In this document: positions 11,301 through 24,879 of the stretch, one piece after another
Layout: every line of letters begins with the position of its first letter
How positions within the stretch are numbered: the stretch's first letter is position 1
Assembly (NCBI GenBank): GCA_964016885.1
Contig: OZ024742.1
Coordinates: forward strand, 166,532,001-166,596,000
Reading direction: 5' to 3'
Source: Eledone cirrhosa
Lineage: Eukaryota
DNA: 64,000 nucleotides
Notes under the pieces: model-generated
What the model was told of the DNA's origin: nothing
Database searches by the model: none
What the model saw: the letters and a program-made list of their open reading frames with translations, nothing else
Translations under genes and position numbers: made by a program

Positions 11301-14300
11301 GCCAAGGGAAGATAATATTTTAAAAAATCAGGCGGAGATAATTTGTAAAAAAAAAATCAGGGGGAGATAATTTGTAAAAAAAATCAGGGGGAGATAATTT
11401 GTAAAAAAAAATCAGGGGTAGATAATTTGTAAAAAAAAATCAGGGGGAGATAATTTGTAAAAAAAAATCAGGGGGAGATAATTTGTAAAAAAAATAAGGG
11501 GGAGATAATTTGTAAAAAAAAATCAGGGGGAGATAATTTCCGGCCGTCCAAGGGGAGATAATTTTCAGCCGTCCAAGGGGAGATAATTTCCCGCCAGCCA
11601 AGGGAAGATAATATTTAAAAAAATCAGGCGGAGATAATTTGTAAAAAAAATCAGGGGGAGATAATTTGTAAAAAAATCAGGGGGAGATAATTTGTAAAAA
11701 AAATCAAGGGGAGATAATTTCCAGCCGTCCAAGGGGAGGTAATATCTAGCCGTCCAAGGGGAGATAATTTCCAGCCGTCCAAGAGGAGATAATTTCCAGC
11801 CGTCCAAGGGTAGATAATATCCAGCCGTCCAAGGAGACATATTTTCCAGCCGTCCAAGGAGAGGTAATTTCTAGCCGTCCAAGGGGAGATAAATTCCAGC
11901 CTCCAAGGGGAGATAATTTCCAGCCAGCCAAGGGGAGATAATTTGTAAAAAAAATCAGGGGGAGATAATTTGTAAAAAAAATCAGGGGGAGATAATTTGT
12001 AAAAAAATCAGAGGGAGATAATTTGTAAAAAAAAAATCAGGGGGAGATAATTTGTAAAAAAAATCAGGGGGAGATGATTTGTAAAAAAAAATCAGGGGTA
12101 GATAATTTGTAAAAAAAAATCAGGGGGAGATAATTTGTAAAAAAAAATCAGGGGGAGATAATTTGTAAAAAAAATCAAGGGGAGATAATTTCCAGCCGTC
12201 GAAGGGAAGATAATTTCCAGCCCTCCAAGGGGCTATAATTTCCAGCGTCCAAGGGGAGATAATTTCCAGCCGTCCAAGGGGAGATAATTTCCAGCCGTCC
12301 AAGGGTAGATAATATCCAGCCGTCCAAGTAGACATTTTCCAGCCGTCCAAGGAGAGGTAATTTCTAGCCGTCCAAGGGGAGATAAATTCCAGCCTCCAAG
12401 GGGAGATAATTTCCAGCCAGCCAAGGGGAGATAATTTGTAAAAAAATCAGGGGGAGATAATTTGTAAAAAAAATCAGGGGGAGATAATTTGTAAAAAAAA
12501 ATCAGGGGGAGATAATTTGTAAAAAAAATCAGGGGGAGATAATTTGTAAAAAAAATCAGGGGGAGATAATTTGTAAAAAAAATCAAGGGGAGATAATTTC
12601 CAGCCGTCCAAGGGGAGATAATTTTCAGCCGTCCAAGGGGAGATAATTTCCAGCCGTCCAAGGGGAGATAATTTCCATCCTTCCAAGGGGAGATAATTTC
12701 CAGCCGTCCAAGGGGAGATAATTTTCAGCCGTCCAAGGGGAGATAATTTCCCGCCAGCCAAGGGAAGATAATATTTTAAAAAATCAGGCGGAGATAATTT
12801 GTAAAAAAAATCAGGGGGAGATAATTTGTAAAAAAATCAGGGGGAGATAATTTGTAAAAAAAAAATCAGGGGGAGATAATTTGTAAAAAAAATCAGGAGG
12901 AGATAATTTGTAAAAAAAAATCAGGGGTAGATAATTTGTAAAAAAAAATCAGGGGGAGATAATTTGTAAAAAAAAAATCAGGGGGAGATAATTTGTAAAA
13001 AAAATCAAGGGGAGATAATTTCCAGCCGTCCAAGGAGAGATAATTTTAAAAAAAAATCAGGCGGAGATAATTTGTAAAAAAAAATCAAGGGGAGATAATT
13101 TGTAAAAAAAAATCAAGGGGAGATAATTTGTAAAAAAAATCAAGGGGAGATAATTTCCAGCCGTCCAAGGGAAGATAATTTCCAGCACTCCAAGGGGCTA
13201 TAATTTCCAGTGTCCAAGGGGAGATAATTTCCAGCCAGAGAAGGGGAGATAATTTTTTTAAAAAAATCAGGGGGAGATATGTAAAAAAAATCAGAGGGAG
13301 ATAATTTCTAAAAAAAATCAAAGGGAGATAATTTCCAGCCGTCCAAAGAGAGATAATTTCTAGCCGTCCAAGGGGAGATAATTTCCAGCCAAGGGGAGAT
13401 AATTTCCAGCCGTCCAAGGGGAGATAATTATTTAAAAAATCAGGTGGAGATAATTTGTAAAAAAAATCAGGGGGAGATAATTTGTAAAAACAAAATCAAG
13501 GGCAGATAATTTCCAGCTGTCCAAGGGGAGATAATTTCCAGCCGTGCAAGGGGAGATAATTTCCAGCCGTCCAAGGGGAGATAATTTCCATCCTTCCAAG
13601 GGGAGATAATGTCCAGCCGTCCAAGGGGAGATAATTTCCCGCCAGCCAAGGGAAGATAATTTTTAAAAAAATCAGGCGGAGATTGTAAAAAAAATCAGGG
13701 GGAGATAATTTGTAAAAAAAAAATCAGGGGGAGATAATTTGTAAAAAAAATCAGGGGTAGATAATTTGTAAAAAAAAATCAGGGGGAGATAATTTGTAAA
13801 AAAAAATCAGGGGGAGATAATTTCTAAAAAAATCAAGGGGAGATAATATGCAGCCGTCCAAGGGGAGATAATTTTCAGCCGTCCAAGGAGAGGTAATTTT
13901 TGCCGTCCAAGGGGAGATAATTTCCAGCCGTCCAAGGGGAGATAATTTCCAGCCGTCCAGGGGGAGATAGTTTTTTTTAAAAAATCAGGCGGAGATAATT
14001 TGTAAAAAAAAAATCAGGGGGAGATAATTTGTAAAAAAAAATCAGGGGGAGATAATTTGTAAAAAAAAATCAGGGGGAGATAATTTGTAAAAAAAATCAG
14101 GGGGAGATAATTAGTAAAAAAAATCAAGGGGAGATAATTTCCAGCCGTCCAAGGGGAGGTAATATCTAGCCGTCCAAGGGGAGATAATTTCCAGCCGTCC
14201 AAGGGGAGATAATTTCCAGCCGTCCAAGGGTAGATAATATCCAGCCGTCCAAGTAGACATATTTTCCAGCCGTCCAAGGAGAGGTAATTTCTAGCCGTCC

Positions 14301-15869
14301 AAGGGGAGATAAATTCCAGCCTCCAAGGGGAGATAATTTCCAGCCAGCCAAGGGGAGATAATTTGTAAAAAAATCAGGGGGAGATAATTTGTAAAAAAAA
14401 TCAGGGGGAGATAATTTATAAAAAAAAATCAGGGGGAGATAATTTGTAAAAAAAAATCAGGGGGAGATAATTTGTAAAAAAAATCAGGGGGAGATAATTT
14501 GTAAAAAAAAATCAGGGGGAGATAATTTGTAAAAAAAAATCAGGGGGAGATAATTTGTAAAAAAAAATCAGGGGGAGATAATTTGTAAAAAAAATCAAGG
14601 TGAGATAATTTCCAGCCGTCCAAGGGGAGATAATTTCCAGCCGTCCAAGGGGAGGTAATATCTAGCCGTCCAAGGGGAGATAATTTCCAGCCGTCCAAGA
14701 GGAGATAATTTCCAGCCGTCCAAGGGTAGATAATGTCCAGCCGTCCAAGGAGACATATTTTCCAGCCGTCCAAGGAGAGGTAATTTCTAGCCGTCCAAGG
14801 GGAGATAAATTCCAGCCTCCAAGGGGAGATAATTTGTAAAAAAAATCAGGGGGAGATAATTTGTAAAAAAAATCAGGGGGAGATAATTTGTAAAAAAAAA
14901 TCAGGGGGAGATAATTTGTAAAAAAAATCAGGGGGAGATAATTTGTAAAAACAAATCAAGGGGAGATAATTTCCAGCCGTCCAAGGGGAGATAATTTTCA
15001 GCCGCCCAAGGGGAGATAATTTCCCGCCAGCCAAGGGAAGATAATATTTAAAAAATCAGGCGGAGATAATTTGTAAAAAAAATCAGGGGGAGATAATTTG
15101 TAAAAAAAAAATCAGGGGGAGATAATTTGTAAAAAAAATCAGGGGGAGATGATTTGTAAAAAAAATCAGGGGTAGATAATTTGTAAAAAAAAATCAGGGG
15201 GAGATAATTTGTAAAAAAAAATCAGGGGGAGATAATTTGTAAAAAAAATCAAGAGGAGATAATTTCCAGCCGTCGAAGGGAAGATAGTTTCCAGCCCTCC
15301 AAGGGGCTATAATTTCCAGCGTCCAAGGGGAGATAATTTCCAGCCAGCGAAGGGGAGATAATTTTTTTTTAAAAATCATTGGGAGATTTGTAAAAAAAAT
15401 CAGGGGGAGATAATTGGTAAAAAAAATCAAGGGGAGATAATTTCCAGCCGTCCAAGGGGAGATAATTTCCAGCCGTCCAAGGGTAGATAATATCCAGCCG
15501 TCCAAGTAGACATTTTCCAGCCGTCCAAGGAGAGGTAATTTCTAGCCGTCCAAGGGGAGATAAATTCCAGCCTCCAAGGGGAGATAATTTCCAGCCAGCC
15601 AAGGGGAGATAATTTGTAAAAAAATCAGGGGGAGATAATTTGTAAAAAAAATCAGGGGGAGATAATTTGTAAAAAAAAATCAGGGGGAGATAATTTGTAA
15701 AAAAAAATCAGGGGGAGATAATTTGTAAAAAAAAATCGGGGAGATAATTTGTAAAAAAAATCAAGGGGAGATAATTTCCAGCCGTCCAAGGGGAGATAAT
15801 TTTCAGCCGTCCAAGGGGAGATAATTTCCAGCCGTCCAAGGGGAGATAATTTCCATCCTTCCAAGGGGA

Positions 15870-17520
15870 GATAATTTGTAAAAAAAAATCAGGGGGAGAT
15901 AATTTGTAAAAAAAATCAAGGGGAGATAATTTCCAGCCGTCCAAGGGGAGATAATTTTCAGCCGTCCAAGGGGAGATAATTTCCCGCCAGCCAAGGGAAG
16001 ATAATATTTAAAAAAATCAGGCGGAGATAATTTGTAAAAAAAATCAGGGGGAGATAATTTGTAAAAAAATCAGGGGGAGATAATTTGTAAAAAAAAAATC
16101 AGGGGGAGATAATTTGTAAAAAAAATCAGGGGGAGATAATTTGTAAAAAAAAATCAGGGGTAGATAATTTGTAAAAAAAAATCAGGGGGAGATAATTTGT
16201 AAAAAAAATCAAGGGGAGATAATTTCCAGCCGTCCAAGGGGAGATAATTTTCAGCCGTCCAAGGGGAGATAATTTCCAGCCGTCCAAGGAGAGATAATTT
16301 TAAAAAAAAATCAGGCGGAGATAATTTGTAAAAAAAAATCAAGGGGAGATAATTTGTAAAAAAAAATCAGGGGGAGATAATTTGTAAAAAAAATCAAGGG
16401 GAGATAATTTCCAGCCGTCCAAGGGAAGATAATTTCCAGCACTCCAAGGGGCTATAATTTCCAGTGTCCAAGGGCAGATAATTTCCAGCCAGCGAAGGGG
16501 AGATAATTTTTTTAAAAAAATCAGGGGGAGATATGTAAAAAAAATCAGAGGGAGATAATTTCTAAAAAAAATCAAGTGGAGATAATTTCCAGCCGTCCAA
16601 AGAGAGATAATTTCTAGCCGTCCAAGGGGAGATAATTTCCAGCCAAGGGGAGATAATATCCAGCCGTCCAAGGGGAGATAATTTTTTAAAAAATCAGGTG
16701 GAGATAATTTGTAAAAAAAAATCAGGGGGAGATAATTTGTAAAAAAAATCAAGGGGAGATAATTTCCAGCCGTCCAAGGGGAGATAATTTTCAGCCGTCC
16801 AAGGGGAGATAATTTCCCGCCAGCCAAGGGAAGATAATATTTAAAAAAATCAGGCGGAGATAATTTGTAAAAAAAATCAGGGGGAGATAATTTGTAAAAA
16901 AATCAGGGGGAGATAATTTGTAAAAAAAAAATCAGGGGGAGATAATTTGTAAAAAAAATCAGGGGGAGATAATTTGTAAAAAAAAATCAGGGGTAGATAA
17001 TTTGTAAAAAAAAATCAGGGGGAGATAATTTGTAAAAAAAAATCAGGGGGAGATAATTTGTAAAAAAAATCAAGGGGAGATAATTTCCAGCCGTCCAAGG
17101 AGAGATAATTTTAAAAAAAAATCAGGCGGAGATAATTTGTAAAAAAAAATCAAGGGGAGATAATTTGTAAAAAAAAATCAGGGGGAGATAATTTGTAAAA
17201 AAAATCAAGGGGAGATAATTTCCAGCCGTCCAAGGGAAGATAATTTCCAGCACTCCAAGGGGCTATAATTTCCAGTGTCCAAGGGGAGATAATTTCCAGC
17301 CAGCGAAGGGGAGATAATTTTTTTAAAAAAATCAGGGGGAGATATGTAAAAAAAATCAGAGGGAGATAATTTCTAAAAAAAATCAAAGGGAGATAATTTC
17401 CAGCCGTCCAAAGAGAGATAATTTCTAGCCGTCCAAGGGGAGATAATTTCCAGCCAAGGGGAGATAATATCCAGCCGTCCAAGGGGAGATAATTTTTTAA
17501 AAAATCAGGTGGAGATAATT
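15870..17520 (+). repeat. Imperfect local tandem duplication, unit ~0.81-0.83 kb (also present at ~59440-61090)
   Basis: cagcactcc marker at ~16437 and ~17248 (offset 811). The ttcccgccagcc marker at ~15981 and ~16814 (offset ~833). Both units share cagagggag...ttctaaaa and ccagccaaggggagataatatcc. Confidence 0.8.
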
Positions 17521-20500
17521 TGTAAAAAAAATCAGGGGGAGATAATTTGTAAAAACAAAATCAAGGGCAGATAATTTCCAGCTGTCCAAGGGGAGATAAT
17601 TTCCAGCCGTGCAAGGGGAGATAATTTCCAGCCGTCCAAGGGGAGATAATTTCCATCCTTCCAAGGGGAGATAATCTCCAGCCGTCCAAGGGGAGATAAT
17701 TTCCCGCCAGCCAAGGGAAGATAATTTTTAAAAAAATCAGGCGGAGATTGTAAAAAAAATCAGGGGGAGATAATTTGTTAAAAAAAAATCAGGGGAGATA
17801 ATTTGTAAAAAAAAATCAGGGGGAGATAATTTGTAAAAAAAAATCAGGGGGAGATAATTTGTAAAAAAAATCAGGGGTAGATAATTTGTAAAAAAAAATC
17901 AGGGGGAGATAATTTGTAAAAAAAAATCAGGGGGAGATAATTTGTAAAAAAATCAAGGGGAGATAATATGCAGCCGTCCAAGGGGAGATAATTTTCAGCC
18001 GTCCAAGGAGAGGTAATTTCTAGCCGTCCAAGGGGAGATAATTTCCAGCCGTCCAAGGGGAGATAATTTCCAGCCGTCCAAGGGGAGATAGTTTTTTTCA
18101 AAAAATCAGGCGGAGATAATTTGTAAAAAAAAAATCAGGGGGAGATAATTTGTAAAAAAAAATCAGGGGGAGATAATTTGTAAAAAAAATCAGGGGGAGA
18201 TAATTTGTAAAAAAAATCAAGGGGAGATAATTTCCAGCCGTCCAAGGGAAGATAATTTCAAGCCCTCCAAGGGGCTATAATTTCCAGTGTCCAAGGGGAG
18301 ATAATTTCCAGCCAGCGAAGGGGAGATCATTTTTTTTTAAAAATCAGGGGGAGATTTGTAAAAAAAATCAGGGGGAGATAATTTGTAAAAAAAATCAAAG
18401 GGAGATAATTTCCAGCCGTCCAAAGAGAGATAATTTCTAGCCGTCCAAGGGGAGATAATTTCGAGCCAAGGGGAGATAATTTCCAGCCGTCCAAGGGGAG
18501 ATAATTTTTTAAAAAATTAGGTGGAGATAATTTGTAAAAAAAATCAGGGGGAGATAATTTGTAAAAACAAAATCAAGGGCAGATAATTTCCAGCTGTCCA
18601 AGGGGAGATAATTTCCAGCCGTGCAAGGGGAGATAATTTCCAGCCGTCCAAGGGGAGATAATTTCCCGCCAGCCAAGAGAAGATAATTTTTTAAAAAATC
18701 AGGCGGAGATTGTAAAAAAAATCAGGGGGAGATAATTTGTAAAAAAATCAGGGGGAGATAATTTGTAAAAAAATCAAGGGGAGATAATTTCCAGCTGTCC
18801 AAGGGGAGGTAATATCTAGCCGTCCAAGGGGAGATAATTTCCAGCCGTCCAAGGGGAGATAATTTCCAGCCGTCCAAGGGTAGATAATATCCAGCCGTCC
18901 AAGGAGACATATTTTCCAGCCGTCCAAGGAGAGGTAATTTCTAGCCGTCCAAGTGGAGATAAATTCCAGCCTCCAAGGGGAGATAATTTCCAGCCAGCCA
19001 AGGGGAGATAATTTGTAAAAAAATCAGGGGGAGATAATTTGTAAAAAAAATCAGGGGTAGATAATTTGTAAAAAAAAATCAGGGGGAGATAATTTGTAAA
19101 AAGAATCAAGGGGAGATAATTTGCAGCCGTCCAAGGGGAGATAATTTTTAGCCGTCCAAGGAGAGGTAATTTCTAGCCGTCCAAGGTGAGATAATATCCA
19201 GCCGTCCAAGGGGAGATAATTTCCAGCCGTCCAAGAGGAGATAATTTTTAAAAAAAAACAGGCGGAGATAATTTGTAAAAAAAAAATCAGGGTGAGATAA
19301 TTTGTAAAAAAAAATCAGGGGGAGATAATTTGTAAAAAAAAATCAGGGGGAGGTAATTTATAAAAAAAATCAAGGGGAGATAATTTCCAGCCGTCCAAGG
19401 GAAGATAATTTCCAGCCCTCCAAGGGGCTATAATTTCCAGCGTCCAAGGGGAGATAATTTCCAGCCAGCGAAGGGGAGATAATTTTTTTTTTTTTTAATC
19501 AGGGGGACATAATTTGTAAAAAAAATAAGGGGGAGATAATTTGTAAAAAAAATCAAGGGGAGATAATTTGTAAAAAAAATCAGGGGGAGATAATTTGTAA
19601 AAAAAAATCAGGGGGAGATAATTTGTAAAAAAAATCAAGGGGAGATAATTTCCAGCCGTCCAAGGGGAGATAATTTTCAGCCGTCCAAGGGGAGATAATT
19701 TCCCGCCAGCCAAGGGAAGATAATATTTAAAAAAATCAGGCGGAGATAATTTGTAAAAAAAATCAGGGGGAGATAGTTTGTAAAAAAATCAGGGGGAGAT
19801 AATTTGTAAAAAAAAATCAGGGGGAGATTTGTAAAAAAAATAAGGGGGAGATAATTTGTAAAAAAAAATCAGGGGTAGATAATTTGTAAAAAAAAATCAG
19901 GGGTAGATAATTTGTAAAAAAAAATCGGGGAGATAATTTGTAAAAAAAATCAATTGGAGATAATTTCCAGCCGTCCAAGGGGAGATAATTTTCAGCCGTC
20001 CAAGGAGAGGTAATTTCTAGACGTCCAAGGGGAGATAATTTCCAGCCGTCCAATGGGAGATAATTTCCAGCCGTCCAAGGGGAGATAATTTTTAAAAAAA
20101 AATCAGGCGGAGATAATTTGTAAAAAAAATCAAAGGGAGATAATTTCCAGCCGTCCAAAGAGAGATAATTTGCAGCCGTCCAAGGGGAGATAATTTTCAG
20201 TCGTCCAAGGAGAGGTAATTTCTAGCCGTCCAAGGGGAGATAATTTCCAGCCGTCCAAGGGGAGATAATTTCCAGCCGTCCAAGGGGAGATAATATTTTT
20301 AAAAAAATCAGGCGGAGATAATTTGTAAAACAAATCAGGGGGAGATAATTTGTAAAAAAAAATCAGGGGGAGATAATTTGTAAAAAAAAATCAGGGGGAG
20401 ATAATTTGTAAAAAAAATCAAGGAGAGATAATTTCCAGCCGTCCAAGGGAAGATAATTTCAAGCCCTCCAAGGGGCTATAATTTCCAGTGTCCAAGGGGA

Positions 20501-23500
20501 GATAATTTCCAGCCAGCGAAGAGGAGATAATTTTTTTTTTAAATCAGGGGGAGATTTGTAAAAAAAATCAAGGGGAGACAATTTGTAAAAAAAATCAAAG
20601 GGAGATAATTTCCAGCCGTCCAAAGAGAGATAATTTCTAGCCGTCCAAGGGGAGATAATTTCGAGCCAAGGTGGAGATAATTTCCAGCCGTACAAGGGGA
20701 GATAATTTTTTAAAAAATCAGGTGGAGATAATTTGTAAAAAAAATCAGGGGGAGATAATTTGTAAAAACAAAATCAAGGGCAGATAATTTCCAGCTGTCC
20801 AAGGGGAGATAATTTCCAGCCGTGCAAGGGGAGATAATTTCCAGCCGTCCAAGGGGAGATAATTTCCATCCTTCCAAGGGGAGATAATTTCCAGCCGTCC
20901 AAGGGGAGATAATTACCCGCCAGCCAAGGGAAGATAATTTTTTACAAAATCAGGCGGAGATTGTAAAAAAAATCAGGGGGAGATAATTTGTAAAAAAATC
21001 AGGGGGAGATAATTTGTAAAAAAATCAAGGGGAGATAATTTCCAGCCGTCCAAGGGGAGGTAATATCTAGCCGTCCAAGGGGAGATAATTTCCAGCCGTC
21101 CAAGGGGAGATAATTTCCAGCCGTCCAAGGGTAGATAATATCCAGCCGTCCAAGGAGACATATTTTCCAGCCGTCCAAGGAGAGGTAATTTCTAGCCGTC
21201 CAAGGGGAGATAAATTCCAGCCTCCAAGGGGACATAATTTCCAGCCAGCCAAGGGGAGATAATTTGTAAAAAAATCAGGGGGAGATAATTTTTAAAAAAA
21301 ATCAGGGGGAGATAATTTGTAAAAAAAAATCAGGGGGAGATAATTTGTAAAAAAAATCAGGGGGAGATAATTTGTAAAAAAAATCAAGGGGAGATAATTT
21401 CCAGCCGTCCAAGGGGAGATAATTTTCAGCCGTCCAAGGGGAGATAATTTCCCGCCAGCCAAGGGAAGATAATATTTAAAAAATGAGGCGGAGATAATTT
21501 GTAAAAAAAATCAGGGGGAGATAATTTGTAAAAAAATCAGGGGGAGATAATTTGTAAAAAAAAATCAGGGGGAGATAATTTGTAAAAAAAATCAGGGGGA
21601 GATAATTTGTAAAAAAAATCAGGGGTAGATAATTTGTAAAAAAAAATCAGGGGGAGATAATTTGTAAAAAAAATCAAGGGGAGATAATTTCCAGCCGTCC
21701 AAGGGAAGATAATTTCAAGCCCTCCAAGGGGCTATAATTTCCAGTGTCCAAGGGGAGATAATTTCCAGCCAGCGAAGGGGAGATAATTTTTTTTTAAAAA
21801 TCAGGGGGAGATTTGTAAAAAAAATCAGGGGGAGATAATTTGTAAAAAAAATCAAGGGGAGATAATTTTCAGCCGTCGAAGGGAAGATAATTTCCAGCCC
21901 TCCAAGGGGCTATAATTTCCAGCGTCCAAGGGGAGATAATTTCCAGCCAGCGAAGGGGAGATAATTTTAAAAAAAAAATCATTGGGAGATTTGTAAAAAA
22001 AATCAGGGAGAGATAATTTGTAAAAAAAATCAAGGGGAGATAATTTCCAGCCGTCCAAGGGGAGGTAATATCTAGCCGTCCAAGGGGAGATAATTTCCAG
22101 CCGTCCAAGGGGAGATAATTTCCAGCCGTCCAAGGGTAGATAATATCCAGCCGTCCAAGTAGACATTTTCCAGCCGTCCAAGGAGAGGTAATTTCTAGCC
22201 GTCCAAGGGAAGATAAATTCCAGCCTCCAAGGGGAGATAATTTCCAGCCAGCCAAGGGGAGATAATTTGTAAAAAAATCAGGGGGAGATAATTTGTAAAA
22301 AAAAATCAGGGGGAGATAATTTGTAAAAAAAAATCAGGGGGAGATAATTTGTAAAAAAAAATCAGGGGGAGATAATTTGTAAAAAAAATCAAGGGGAGAT
22401 AATTTCCAGCCTTCCAAGGGGAGATAATTTTCAGCCGTCCAAGGGGAGATAATTTCCCGCCAGCCAAGGGAAGATAATATTTTAAAAAATCAGCCGGAGA
22501 TAATTTGTAAAAAAAATCAGGGGGAGATAATTTGTAAAAAAATCAGGGGGAGATAATTTGTAAAAAAAAAATCAGGGGGAGATAATTTGTAAAAAAAATC
22601 AGGAGGAGATAATTTGTAAAAAAAAATCAGGGGTAGATAATTTGTAAAAAAAAATCAGGGGGAGATAATTTGTAAAAAAAAAATCAGGGGGAGATAATTT
22701 GTAAAAAAAATCAAGGGGAGATAATTTCCAGCCGTCCAAGGAGAGATAATTTTAAAAAAAAATCAGGCGGAGATAATTTGTAAAAAAAAATCAAGGGGCG
22801 ATAATTTGTAAAAAAAAATCAGGGGGAGATAATTTGTAAAAAAAATCAAGGGGAGATAATTTCCAGCCGTCCAAGGGAAGATAATTTCCAGCACTCCAAG
22901 GGGCTATAATTTCCAGTGTCCAAGGGGAGATAATTTCCAGCCAGCGAAGGGGAGATAATTTTTTTTAAAAAATCAGGGGGAGATATGTAAAAAAAATCAG
23001 AGGGAGATAATTTCTAAAAAAAATCAAAGGGAGATAATTTCCAGCCGTCCAAAGAGAGATAATTTCTAGCCGTCCAAGGGGAGATAATTTCCAGCCGTCC
23101 AAGGGGAGATAATTATTTAAAAAATCAGGTGGACATAATTTGTAAAAAAAATCAGGGGGAGATAATTTGTAAAAACAAAATCAAGGGCAGATAATTTCCA
23201 GCTGTCCAAGGGGAGATAATTTCCAGCCGTGCAAGGGGAGATAATTTCCAGCCGTCCAAGGGGAGATAATTTCCATCCTTCCAAGGGGAGATAATCTCCA
23301 GCCGTCCAAGGGGAGATAATTTCCCGCCAGCAAAGGGAAGATAATTTTTAAAAAAATCAGGCGGAGATTGTAAAAAAAATCAGGGGGAGATAATTTGTAA
23401 AAAAATCAGGGGGAGATAATTTGTAAAAAAAAAATCAGGGGAGATAATTTGTAAAAAAAAATCAGGGGGAGATAATTTGTAAAAAAAAAATCAGGGGGAG

Positions 23501-23824
23501 ATAATTTGTAAAAAAAATCAGGGGGAGATAATTTGTAAAAAAAAATCAAGGGGAGATAATTTGTAAAAAAAATCAGGGGGAGATAATTAGTAAAAAAATC
23601 AAGGGGAGATAATTTCCAGCCGTCCAAGGGGAGGTAATATCTAGCCGTCCAAGGGGAGATAATTTCCAGCCGTCCAAGGGGAGATAATTTCCAGCCGTCC
23701 AAGGGTGGATAATATCCAGCCGTCCAAGTAGACATATTTTCCAGCCGTCCAAGGAGAGGTAATTTCTAGCCGTCCAAGGGGAGATAAATTCCAGCCTCCA
23801 AGGGGAGATAATTTCCAGCCAGCC

Positions 23825-24045
23825 AAGGGGAGATAATTTGTAAAAAAATCAGGGGGAGATAATTTGTAAAAAAAATCAGGGGGAGATAATTTGTAAAAAA
23901 AAATCAGGGGGAGATAATTTGTAAAAAAAATCAGGGGGAGATAATTTGTAAAAAAAAATCAGGGGGAGATAATTTGTAAAAAAAAATCAGGGGGAGATAA
24001 TTTGTAAAAAAAAATCAGGGGGAGATAATTTGTAAAAAAAATCAA
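23825..24045 (+). repeat. Type B monomer block (representative); consensus GGGGGAGATAATTTGT(A)7-10TCA, 26-29 bp
   Basis: Eight consecutive copies differing essentially only in A-tract length. Confidence 0.97.
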
Positions 24046-24879
24046 GGGGAGATAATTTCCAGCCGTCCAAGGGGAGATAATTTCCAGCCGTCCAAGGGGA
24101 GGTAATATCTAGCCGTCCAAGGGGAGATAATTTCCAGCCGTCCAAGAGGAGATAATTTCCAGCCGTCCAAGGGAAGATAATTTCAAGCCCTCCAAGGGGC
24201 TATAATTTCCAGTGTCCAAGGGGAGATAATTTCCAGCCAGCGAAGGGGAGATAATTTTTTTTTAAAAATCAGGGGGAGATTTGTAAAAAAAATCAGGGGG
24301 AGATAATTTGTAAAAAAAATCAAGGGGAGATAATTTCCAGCCGTCGAAGGGAAGATAATTTCCAGCCCTCCAAGGGGCTATAATTTCCAGCGTGCAAGGG
24401 GAGATAATTTCCAGCCAGCGAAGGGGAGATAATTTTTAAAAAAAAATCATTGGGAGATTTGTAAAAAAAATCTGGGAGAGATAATTTGTAAAAGAAATCA
24501 AGGGGAGATAATTTCCAGCCGTCCAAGGGGAGGTAATATCTAGCCGTCCAAGGGGAGATAATTTCCAGCCGTCCAAGGGGAGATAATTTCCAGCCGTCCA
24601 AGGGTAGATAATATCCAGCCGTCCAAGTAGACATTTTCCAGCCGTCCAAGGAGAGGTAATTTCTAGCCGTCCAAGGGGAGATAAATTCCAGCCTCCAAGG
24701 GGAGATAATTTCCAGCCAGCCAAGGGGAGATAATTTGTAAAAAAATCAGGGGGAGATAATTTGTAAAAAAAATCAGGGGGAGATAATTTGTAAAAAAAAT
24801 CAGGGGGAGATAATTTGTAAAAAAAAATCAGGGGGAGATAATTTGTAAAAAAAAATCAGGGGGAGATAATTTGTAAAAA

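Larger units (their letters stand above)
1..20427 (+). repeat. Macro-repeat copy 1 (partial), near-identical to 43547-64000
   Basis: ORF-track patterns recur at nearly constant offsets: 404/43950 and 836/44382 (43546), 2437/45984 and 7134/50681 (43547), 10762/54334 (43572), 11565/55138 and 20130/63703 (43573). Base 1 reads the same as 43547, and the window end (tcaaggagag) matches 20418-20427. Confidence 0.96.
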
